Shown: positions 55,860 through 64,000 of the stretch, one piece after another
Layout of the letters: each line of letters opens with the position of its first letter
Numbering within the stretch: the first letter of the stretch is position 1
Assembly (NCBI GenBank): GCA_965240325.2
Contig: OZ251223.1
Span: forward strand, 1,984,001 to 2,048,000
Length of the DNA stretch: 64,000 bases
Direction: 5' to 3'
Source of the DNA: Rebecca billardiae RCC1528
Lineage: Eukaryota; Protista; Haptophyta
Program-made: the position numbers and the translations under genes
The notes under the pieces: model-generated
The model's input: the letters and a program-made list of their open reading frames with translations, nothing else
The model's database searches: none
What the model was told of the DNA's origin: nothing

Positions 55860-57144
55860 ATGGCCCGCGGTGCAGGGCGGAGCGCGCAGCGTGGAGCCCG
55901 CACCAGCGGGCCCGAACCACGTTTCAAAAAGATCTTTGATCAAGAAAAAAGGGACGGGTGGCGGCGGAAAAAAAGGGACGGGGGGCGATTTTTAGGGCTG
56001 GCGGAGACCGAGTTTCGAGTTTTTGAGATCGCATTGAGAGGTCTATCAGGCCAAAAAAAACCGCGCCCAGCTGATTCCCTTAAGTAAAGTGCGATCTGGA
56101 CGTCAGCTGGACGTGACATTAGTGTAACGGTTCGTTACGAGCGAATCGTACTCGTCTTCCCGGATCGCGTGACGTCCGGACTGGGCCACATCCGGATCGT
56201 CGGAGGTGACGTGCCCCGGCACGATGGGCGATGGCGGATATGCGGGACGGCGCCTGCACGTGCCTCCGGACCCGCCTCCCGCTTGCTGCTCACGCAGTCA
56301 GCTGCGACCGTGGCGCATGATCGCAGAAGCAGTGCCGGCAGTACGGCCTGCATCAGCTAGTGCCGCGCCGTCGTGGCGCGCGCGGTACGGTTGCGCGTTT
56401 GCAGCGCTCGCCGCCTCGGCGACGGCACGCGCGTGCGGCTCAGGTGTGTCAAATGCGGTCTCGTCGGCGCGCTTTCGCCTGCCACCTCGTGCACCCGTGC
56501 CGCCAGTTTCATCGTCTTCATGAGGACTGCTGCTGCTGTCGCCATCCGCTCTCCATCACCCCGAGTCGCCGGTCGCGCGGCGCGCGCGGTAGGCACTAGG
56601 CAGGGCGTACGGTCACTCACCCGTGCAACGGGTCAAGTGGCCAGAGTACGTCTGGTCGTTGGCTGGCACGGGCCGCAGCGCTAAAGCACCCTGCTGTCAC
56701 ACCCGACTCCTTCAGTACTCCGAGCTCCGCGGCACGACTCACTCGGCACGATCGCGGACGGGTCGGATCCGAGCTGATCAGCCAGAGTTGGACACAGTTT
56801 GGCAGCTACTAGTAGTAATTCCGATGCCGATGGCACGATCGCGGACGGGTCGGATCCGAGCTGATCAGCCAGTTGGACATTTGGCAGCTAGTTGTCAGAC
56901 GGACGTCCGATTTGACGACCGGTGCCGGGTGCGGTCTCAGGTCCGCTGCTGTGATTGTGTGAAGTGTGAATGAGTCTCGCGGTCGCGCAGGCAGGGCGAC
57001 GGTCGGACTAATATAGCTTCAGTCATCTCAGAACCGACTTCAACTGGCGAACTGCCACTACGGCGGAGAGCCGCGATTGCACGGCCACCGCGGGCCCCCA
57101 ACTGCGTTGATTCTATGCAGAAAAGGACCGCGGAACGCGGTCAT
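55860..57144 (+). mobile_element. Non-autonomous rolling-circle-like element, family 2 copy 2
   Basis: Starts AT-GGCCCGCGGTG; ends CACCGCGGGCC (57086-57096)-29 nt-GACCGCG GAA CGCGGTC (57126-57142)-AT. Confidence 0.72.
56745..56892 (+). repeat. Two-copy direct repeat of about 60 bp, 87-bp period
   Basis: GGCACGATCGCGGACGGGTCGGATCCGAGCTGATCAGCCAG at 56745 and 56832, followed by related tails. Confidence 0.9.
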
Positions 57145-57279
57145 CGTTATGATGCTGCTGATCATGATCGTCATCATGAATGATGATCGTCGATCCGCTG
57201 CGAAGTGCGGTGAGCGCCGAGCAGCCATGTGTGCTCGACTCGCTCAGTGCTCGCCGCCAAGGCCTGCCTGTCGTCTGGC

Positions 57280-59625
57280 TCACGACGAGGCGAGCGCCAG
57301 CACGGCCGCGAGTGCCACTGAGAGCCCACCGTCTGCGCTCGGCGGCAGCGGGCGGGCCGTGGCGGCGGCCGCTCCTGGCGCGAGCAGCTCCAGGTCTGGG
57401 GCGCGCTCAAAGCGCCACGGCGAGCCGGCGTGCACGCGCGCCGGAGACCTCTGGCGCACAGCGAGCTCGGCAGCGGCGGCACCTCCGCGCGAGATGCGCA
57501 GCACCACGCCGTGTGTGCTCTCAGTCGCCGGCTCGCGTGGCGTCTGCTCCGCCTCGGCGCTCAGCTGGAGGCCGAGACTGCGCGCGCACGCCGCCACGCG
57601 CGCCAGCCTGGCCGCGCACACGGCGTGCGCGACCGCTGCCGCCAGGAGGGCGAGCATCGAGGCGAACGGGGCGTGGCCGCCGGCGAGGGACTCCCACCTC
57701 GCGCTGATCACGCCCGCGCCCGCGGCACGCGACGCGTACGCGCGCGCCGACGGCGCGAAGCCGGCCGACCGGAGCGTCGCGGCCGCGCCATCGAGCGTGC
57801 CCTCGAGCGCCATCGCCTCGCCCACGCGCAGCTCCCAGGAGAGGGCGGGCGGGCCGGCGCCCGCGGACGCGCCCGCGGAGCGGCTCGCGCGGCGCGCGGC
57901 GGTGGCCGGCGCGGCGGCGCGGCGCCGCGCCGTGCGCACGAGCACCGGCAGCAGCGCGCTCGAGTAAGCCGCACGCAGCTCGCCCAGCGCCGCCTGCAGC
58001 GTGGGGCAGAGCAGTGCGTGCGCACCTGCGGAGCTCAGCTCGAGCCACCACGCGGCCGCTGGGGTGGTCGGACCGCCGGCGCGGGCGGCGGGCGCGCTCG
58101 GGGTGCCGGTGGATGCGCCGGGCGGGTGCTGCCTCACGGGCAGCCGCTCGAAGAGGAACGCCGCATGCGTAGCGTCGTCGGCCGCCACGCCCGCCGCGGC
58201 CGAGCGCGAGGCTCCTGCTGACGCGCTGAGCGTGCCACCAGGCGCGTGCTGGGCGCGCGGAGGCGGCGGCGGGACGGATGACACCGCGCTGGCGCTCACC
58301 GCGAGCGCGTGCGCCACCCAGGTGAGCAGCATCGCGTCGGACAGCGCGGCAGCCTCGCCACTCGCGCCGCCATGCACCTCAATCGCGCCGCGCCCGCCCA
58401 GCCCAGGGCCAGGCGCGCCGCCCACAAGGGCAGCAGCGCCGCGCGCTGCGGGCTCGGCGCACGCGCTCGGCAGCCCTGGCACGATCGGTCGCTCCGGTGA
58501 CGCTCGCGAGGCGTGTGGCGCGTGTGCGGGCTTGGCGCTCGGCTGGCCGAGCGCGCTCGCGCGCTCGAGCCGCAGCACGATCGGCGCGAGCCGCGCCAGA
58601 TGCGCGCGGCCCGCCTGCGCGCTCGCAGCGCCGCCTGGGCCCGCGCCGGGCTCGGCTGAGGGCGCGCATGCGCCCGCGCGCGGCGGGTCGGCCGGGTCGA
58701 GGCCCCACGGGTAGACGACGAGGCGGGCGGGGTCCCAGTGCGTGACGAGCATGTCGCGCATCCCGTCGCCCACGACGGCCCGCCCCAGCGTCGCCGCCTG
58801 CGCCTGCGCGTACGCCAGGCGCTCGCGCGCTGAGAGCCACGTTCGCATCAGCCGCGCGTGCGCAGCGCGCGCCTCCCGCTGCTGCTGCTGCTGCGCCGGG
58901 CTGTCGGCCGCGGGGGCGTCCTGCTCGGCGGCTGGAGCGGCACCGGGTAGATCACCCAGCACCACGGCGCAGCACGCGGGGAGTGGGGCGTCGCCCACGA
59001 CCAGCGTCGCGTCGTCCTGGGGCGTGTCCATCTCCGCAGCAGACCACAGCCTGCGCATGCGCGCGCGCGTGCGCGTCTGCGACGATTCCCAGCTCGAGCG
59101 CCGGCTCATGTCGGTCGCGAGGGTGCGCAGCTTGCTGGCAGCCTCGGCGAGCGCGCTCTCCTTCGCATCGAGGTGCACCACCGCCCGATCGCGCCGCTGC
59201 CGCTTCTGCGCCGCCTCGACCGCCTGCCGCTCCGCGGGCGCGCTCGGGAGGTCCGCGAGGTGGTCAACAACGCCGAGCTCGAAGGGAGGGACGTGCGCGG
59301 CGGAGGCGCCGGGCTGCAGGCTGCGGAGGAGGTCGAGCAGCACGCCCATCTCCCTGAGCGCCGCTTCGCGGTGACGGCCAAGCTCCGCCTGCAGCTCCTC
59401 CTCCTGCTTGGGCGCCGCTTCGGCCTCGGCACGCGCCGTTCCCAGCGCCTCCTCGAGCCACTCGAAGGGGAGCTCGCGCCCGTCGGCACCCCAGAGCAGC
59501 TCCGCCGCACGCTCATGAGCCGAGTGCGCGTCCAGCGCGGGTGGCGGCGGCAGGTGCTCCCCCGTATCGCTCACCGCCTGCACGCGCTCGGGGAGCGGCT
59601 CGATTGCGTAGCGTGGCGTCGCCAT
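57280..59625 (-). CDS. MED17: Probable Mediator subunit 17-like protein
   Basis: N-terminal blocks YAIEPLPERVQAVSDTGE, AALREMGVLLDLL and KESALAEAASKL..RMRRLW resemble the conserved MED17 N-terminal blocks as I recall them; the rest is unrecognised. Confidence 0.55.
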   Translation of the reverse strand: MATPRYAIEPLPERVQAVSDTGEHLPPPPALDAHSAHERAAELLWGADGRELPFEWLEEALGTARAEAEAAPKQEEELQAELGRHREAALREMGVLLDLLRSLQPGASAAHVPPFELGVVDHLADLPSAPAERQAVEAAQKRQRRDRAVVHLDAKESALAEAASKLRTLATDMSRRSSWESSQTRTRARMRRLWSAAEMDTPQDDATLVVGDAPLPACCAVVLGDLPGAAPAAEQDAPAADSPAQQQQQREARAAHARLMRTWLSARERLAYAQAQAATLGRAVVGDGMRDMLVTHWDPARLVVYPWGLDPADPPRAGACAPSAEPGAGPGGAASAQAGRAHLARLAPIVLRLERASALGQPSAKPAHAPHASRASPERPIVPGLPSACAEPAARGAAALVGGAPGPGLGGRGAIEVHGGASGEAAALSDAMLLTWVAHALAVSASAVSSVPPPPPRAQHAPGGTLSASAGASRSAAAGVAADDATHAAFLFERLPVRQHPPGASTGTPSAPAARAGGPTTPAAAWWLELSSAGAHALLCPTLQAALGELRAAYSSALLPVLVRTARRRAAAPATAARRASRSAGASAGAGPPALSWELRVGEAMALEGTLDGAAATLRSAGFAPSARAYASRAAGAGVISARWESLAGGHAPFASMLALLAAAVAHAVCAARLARVAACARSLGLQLSAEAEQTPREPATESTHGVVLRISRGGAAAAELAVRQRSPARVHAGSPWRFERAPDLELLAPGAAAATARPLPPSADGGLSVALAAVLALASS

Positions 59626-59745
59626 CGTCGCCGCGACGAGCTCATGGTCCGGGGCAAAGCAAAGCTTTGGTCCGGTTTCCGGAATAAATCGCCCCCCGCC
59701 CCCCTGCGCAGCGCTCCCTCATGATCATCAGACTGACTCATCTCC

Positions 59746-59884
59746 CTCGCAGGCGGACGGCTGAATGAATCTTCCGACCCGGCGCTACCATCGGCGACGC
59801 CTTCATGGGCGGTGACGGTTGGCGGGCGTCGATCTCTGCCTGCCTGAGCGCTGTGTGCGTCCGTCTTATTCTTAGTAAACTGTA
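59746..59884 (-). repeat. Dispersed TA-CAGT motif family, long copy
   Basis: Reverse complement aligns with the 35814 and 62832 copies over about 135 bp. Confidence 0.85.
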
Positions 59885-60529
59885 CTCTCAACTGTCTCTG
59901 TAGTAGCTAGCTACGGTAGTTTAGTATTCGGTCACACTCACTGAGCTGTATTATAATCTGAATTCTGATTGATGTTCCGCCAGGCGGGACATTGTCTGAC
60001 TAATTCTATGATTTAAAGACACAGGCACGAGGGCGCAGCTCTCCTGATTCGTCTGTCGAAGTAGTTACTGATTGGAGACAGAGGCCAGAGTAGTGAGAGT
60101 CAGGTGACTGTCTTGTCCTGAATAACCGAGTTGTCAGCACCTATAATTTAGTAGCGCCGCCTATTATTATAACTAGTAGTAGTAACTAATATCTTCGACG
60201 TCGGACTTTGACCGAGCCACTACAGACGTCAGTTCATTCCGTGACTCGGACGGTCACGGGGGGCCCCGTGCCGCCCGAGCCGAGCTGCAGCATGAATCCA
60301 GTCGGAGCTGTATAACTATAAGCAGTCAGACAGTCTGACAGTCAGTGATCGGAGCGGTGTACTGTGACTCTGTGTAGTGACTGTGACTGAGAGTCGGGCC
60401 CCGCGAGCTGAGTTACGGGATTAAGTGAGTCATCATAAGACATCGACATCGTCCGATCGATCAACTCAATAGTTGATGGCTGACAATGATGGAAGTCTCA
60501 GCACGATTCATCACTCCGGTGTCCTCACG

Positions 60530-61507
60530 TCACTTCACCGCGCGCGGCCGCAGGCTGCCCCTGCCGCTTGATGCGTTGACCAGCATCGGTGAAGGTCGCT
60601 GATGCTGCTCATGGACACTGGTGACGTTCGATCCAAGCCGCAGACTCGCACGCACGGGTGATTGACGGTCGTCAACCATGCTGGTTCGCGTGCTCCCTTG
60701 CCGCGAAGTGTATGGCGTCGCCATGCCACTCGGAGCCAAGAACGCAGGCCTGCTCGGGGGCGGGCCAGGCTCGTCGTCGACCGCCGACAGGAGTGCGGGG
60801 AGCTCAATGCCGGACCGAGTGAGCTGCTCATCGATGCGCGTGCGCAACTTCTCCGAGTGCACGCCTTGCATCTGCACGAAAGATGGGCGTGAAGACAGAG
60901 GCTTTGGAACCCGCACAGGCGTGAAGTCGTCGTCGGGGGAGTCCGCAAAATCGAGCAGATCGTCAGGCAGCAGGCTGGGGCGGCGGCTGCTCGACCGTCC
61001 GCCCCTGGGCTGAGCACGGGGGGTGGAGATGGGGTCGCGATCGGCAGCCTGATCGAGTGAGATTGCAGTGGGGCGCAACATGTTGGACTCTGCTGCCGCA
61101 GCCTTCCCCTGTGGCTGGGATGCAAACGTCGACAACAAGCGCGTGGCTTCCGCCGCTGCTGCGAGGCCGTCCTCGTCAGCCTCAAGCGACTTGATGAGCA
61201 AGGCGTACGTGTGGCCGGGGTCGGTGCGCCCAGAGCTGCCTCTGCTCAGTGCCGTACTGCCTGGCGCGGTGTGAACCTCACCCAGAGCCTTATCGACGGT
61301 GGACGCGTCCCCCATAGCCTCGTGAATCGTGTATTTCAATGCTGATGTAGGATCACCCGCGAGCGTGTCCCCGAAGGACACGCCAAGCATGCCGCGCAGG
61401 CTGTCCTCGCCCAAGACCTCGGCTTGCGGCTCGCCATCGACGAGGTGGCAAACCAGGTACGCCGTGCTTGCGCCAGGAGCGGGTAGAAGGCTGCGCTGGC
61501 CCACCAT
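60530..61507 (-). CDS. Hypothetical protein, Ser/Pro/Arg-rich C-terminal half
   Basis: 325-aa ATG-initiated ORF with protein-like composition, divergent from the EF-hand gene; no recognised domain. Confidence 0.55.
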   Translation of the reverse strand: MVGQRSLLPAPGASTAYLVCHLVDGEPQAEVLGEDSLRGMLGVSFGDTLAGDPTSALKYTIHEAMGDASTVDKALGEVHTAPGSTALSRGSSGRTDPGHTYALLIKSLEADEDGLAAAAEATRLLSTFASQPQGKAAAAESNMLRPTAISLDQAADRDPISTPRAQPRGGRSSSRRPSLLPDDLLDFADSPDDDFTPVRVPKPLSSRPSFVQMQGVHSEKLRTRIDEQLTRSGIELPALLSAVDDEPGPPPSRPAFLAPSGMATPYTSRQGSTRTSMVDDRQSPVRASLRLGSNVTSVHEQHQRPSPMLVNASSGRGSLRPRAVK

Positions 61508-61690
61508 GAAGGCGCGCGGGATTCGCGTCCACGTCCAAGAAAGCTGGCTCGATCGTCCAAAAAGCTGTTTCGGGACGAGGCAACCCTTTCAGCTCGAGGC
61601 ACAACAAAGACGGTTGACGAGACTGAGACTCGCTGGTGCGGCAAGCAAAAGCCCTCGATTGCCGTCGGGCGACCGTCCATCGGCGGCAAG

Positions 61691-62224
61691 ATGGCGGATG
61701 GGGCCAAGCCATGGGTGGGGATGTCCGGGGTCGAGGATTTCGTCGAGCACGAGCTGGCCTACATCAATGCAGCATTCGAGGCGGCCAAGGTTGGAGAACG
61801 TGCGCACATCGACGACCTCATCCCCTCCATCGCAGCCACATGCCCGCTTGCTGAAAGATTCCTAGAGCTTGTCGCGCCGGCCCACGGACATCTCACCCTC
61901 GCTCAGATAATCAGCGCGCTGCGGCCACTGGGTGCAAACGCGACAGCATCCGATAAGATGAAAGGGCTATTTGCGGCATATGACTGGGACGCTGACGGGC
62001 AGCTGACCGTCGATGATTTGACCTCGATGATGCAGCTGCTGCTCGGGCACACGCTGACAACCGATGCGATCGAGGCCATGGCGATTTCTGCACTCACACG
62101 CGGGACAGAGCGATCACCCGAAGACAATGGCGGCACGGCAGTTCGCCAGCTTTCTTGGGATGAGTTCATGGAGAGATTTGCCCCCGAGGACCTTGTCGTG
62201 AGCATGCAACTCTCGCCTCCGTAA
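61691..62224 (+). CDS. Small EF-hand protein, calcineurin B/CHP-like
   Basis: SDKMKGLFAAYDWDADGQLTVDDLTSMMQLLLG is a canonical EF-hand in calcineurin-B-like context; degenerate final hand LSWDEF. Confidence 0.75.
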   Translation: MADGAKPWVGMSGVEDFVEHELAYINAAFEAAKVGERAHIDDLIPSIAATCPLAERFLELVAPAHGHLTLAQIISALRPLGANATASDKMKGLFAAYDWDADGQLTVDDLTSMMQLLLGHTLTTDAIEAMAISALTRGTERSPEDNGGTAVRQLSWDEFMERFAPEDLVVSMQLSPP

Positions 62225-62704
62225 CTACTATACACTAGCAGTCCGCCGCCGTTAGTGCCAGCAGTCGGATGACTCTAGTGAGTCAGAGAAAGTGAGGCAA
62301 CTACTTCAGAATAGGCACCGGGTCTGATTCAGTCTGTCCGGCAGGATAAAACGGTCGCCATTACCGTAATAAACAAAATGATAGCAATTATTAGTAATTC
62401 ACGGAGTCACTACGGCAGCGCCACTCGTAACTATAGCTATAGACTCGCTGACGCAGTCCGTCTTGCCCGTCCCGGATGAACATCACCGATCCGACGGACG
62501 CCGTCTCACTCGACACTCGTCTGACGCGTGCGGATTGGATATACTGCCACTGGATAGAGCCCGTTACTGCGTCAGTAGCTATCAGAGACAGGTCGGAGAG
62601 AAAGAGAGCTAGCTAGAAGTAGAGAGCACATGCAGAGCCAGAGAGAGAGTACTGAGCTCAGAGAGTGAGAGTCAGAGTAAGCTAGAGAGAGAGTAAGCTG
62701 CTAG

Positions 62705-62719
62705 AGAGAGAGAGTAAGC

Positions 62720-62810
<91 letters not shown>
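62705..62810. repeat. (AG)n microsatellite with degenerate 5' extension
   Basis: Direct reading. Confidence 0.95.
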
Positions 62811-62812
<2 letters not shown>

Positions 62813-62831
62813 GACTAGTTACCAGAGAGAC

Positions 62832-62975
62832 TACAGTTTACTACTGTAAGAATAATAAGAGACGCACACAGCTCAGGCAGGCGAGATTGACGCCCGCGCC
62901 AACTGTCACCGCCCATGAAGCCGCGTCGCCGATGGTAGCGCCGTCGGAAGATTCTTTCAGCCGTCCGCCTGCGAG
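62832..62975 (+). repeat. Dispersed TA-CAGT motif family, long copy
   Basis: Aligns with the other copies with several small insertions. Confidence 0.85.
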
Positions 62976-63409
62976 GCCTGGATGAGGGCTGCGGCCGCCT
63001 CGCGGCGCGCCAGCGCCCGTCGTCCTCGCCCCACCGTCGTCTACAAAACGTCGTCGTCCGAATCGTCTCCAACTGGGCGCCGGTGCGACAGTAGAGCAGA
63101 GCCAGAGACGCCGCCGTACCAGCAGTAGTCATTATCGGTCGAGTCATAAATTAATAACTGCTCTGCTGCTTCCGCGCGTTACAAGTAACGTCACGGTAAC
63201 TAGTCGGTATCTAATTCACTACGGGCGCTGATATGATTTGTAACACGCCCACGGGCACGGCGCGACGGCCCGAGTTGAGTAGTATTCCGGGAGTGAGCCG
63301 TAGTGACGACTCAGACTGCCGTGAGTAGTCGGCAGTCACCCATAAGCTGGCATCAGTGATTCCGTCAGCTGCGCGCGTCCAGACTTCGACTCTGATTAGT
63401 GATGCTGAT

Positions 63410-63931
63410 TCAGGCGTCCTGCGCGCCATCCGATGGAAGACCGTGGAATTGCAGCACGGCGTGCACCGCGGTGAAGCCCATCAACGACGGCTCGTGCACA
63501 CGATCGGAGCCGACCTCCCCGAACGGTCGGGGGCCAAACTCCCCGGCAGCAAAGAAGCCAGTGACAGGCATCTCGGGCACAGCGTGCCGCAGTGGGCGGA
63601 GCTCGCTGTCCGCCTCGGCGTGGAAGCGCTCGCCTCGGCCGCAGCACACGAAGCTCACGCAGAACGTCGGGTCGTCACGGTCGAGCTGGGTCAGCGCGTC
63701 TTCTGCACAAGCGCGCAGCTCCGCGGCCGAGCCCTCCGCGTTGACTGACGCGAAGCGGCACAGCTCACCCGGCTTGACCTCGAGATCGACTTCGAGCGCG
63801 CCCGTGCCCGGCAGCACGCGCCGAGGGTGCAGCAGCCGCATGCGGCGCTCCTCCGTGTTGGGCCGGAGGGCGAGGTAGAGCGGCGATGGGAGGTGGCCAT
63901 CATAAAGCGCCGCCGACAGGTCGTGGAGCGC
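63410..63931 (-). CDS. Last exon of a FIST C-domain protein (gene continues beyond the window)
   Basis: FVCCGRG..DSE..PEMPVTGFFAAGEFGP..MGFTAV is typical of FIST_C; acceptor CAG at 63932-63934. Confidence 0.8.
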   Translation of the reverse strand, partial: ALHDLSAALYDGHLPSPLYLALRPNTEERRMRLLHPRRVLPGTGALEVDLEVKPGELCRFASVNAEGSAAELRACAEDALTQLDRDDPTFCVSFVCCGRGERFHAEADSELRPLRHAVPEMPVTGFFAAGEFGPRPFGEVGSDRVHEPSLMGFTAVHAVLQFHGLPSDGAQDA

Positions 63932-64000
63932 CTGCGTGTGCGCGCGCGGCCCGTGAGGTGCGGGGCTCAGCGAGAAGGCTCGCGCACGCGGCACGGCGCC

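Noticed and set aside
51236-57144. Fanzor/TnpB cargo, as known for some Helitron2 elements
   Set aside because: No RuvC catalytic motifs or matching zinc-finger arrangement seen in the ORF track.
54279-59884. Inward-facing TA-CAGT motifs as a composite transposon carrying MED17
   Set aside because: The left copy lies inside another element, the span crosses element boundaries, and other copies are unpaired.

Overview
Eukaryotic, very GC-rich, gene-dense nuclear DNA with short GC-rich spliceosomal introns; the composition suggests a microalga such as a pavlovophyte haptophyte (inference only). The left edge holds the 5' part of a probable retrotransposon: an 800-aa gag-like ORF joined to a second ORF by a canonical -1 frameshift signal. 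A housekeeping block follows: BUD31/BRR2 head-to-head, a nucleotide-sugar transporter interrupted by a fold-back element, NDUFS1, a PKA regulatory subunit, an EB1-like gene, SDA1/NOP4 head-to-head and UDP-glucose dehydrogenase. From about 32 to 57 kb is an accessory region: TPR-MYND, Kelch, a second fold-back element, a single-ORF GT2 synthase-acyltransferase-3 fusion, a Sel1-repeat-MYND gene with 23 near-identical shuffled 108-bp units, and four adjacent non-autonomous elements in two families. These four share a rolling-circle-like terminal architecture (asymmetric inverted repeat, conserved spacer, GNA-triloop hairpin, AT at both ends) and each carries different internal DNA. The right end has MED17-like, hypothetical, EF-hand and FIST-C genes. 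All calls come from reading the sequence and recalled family motifs; no searches were run, and coordinates were counted by hand.
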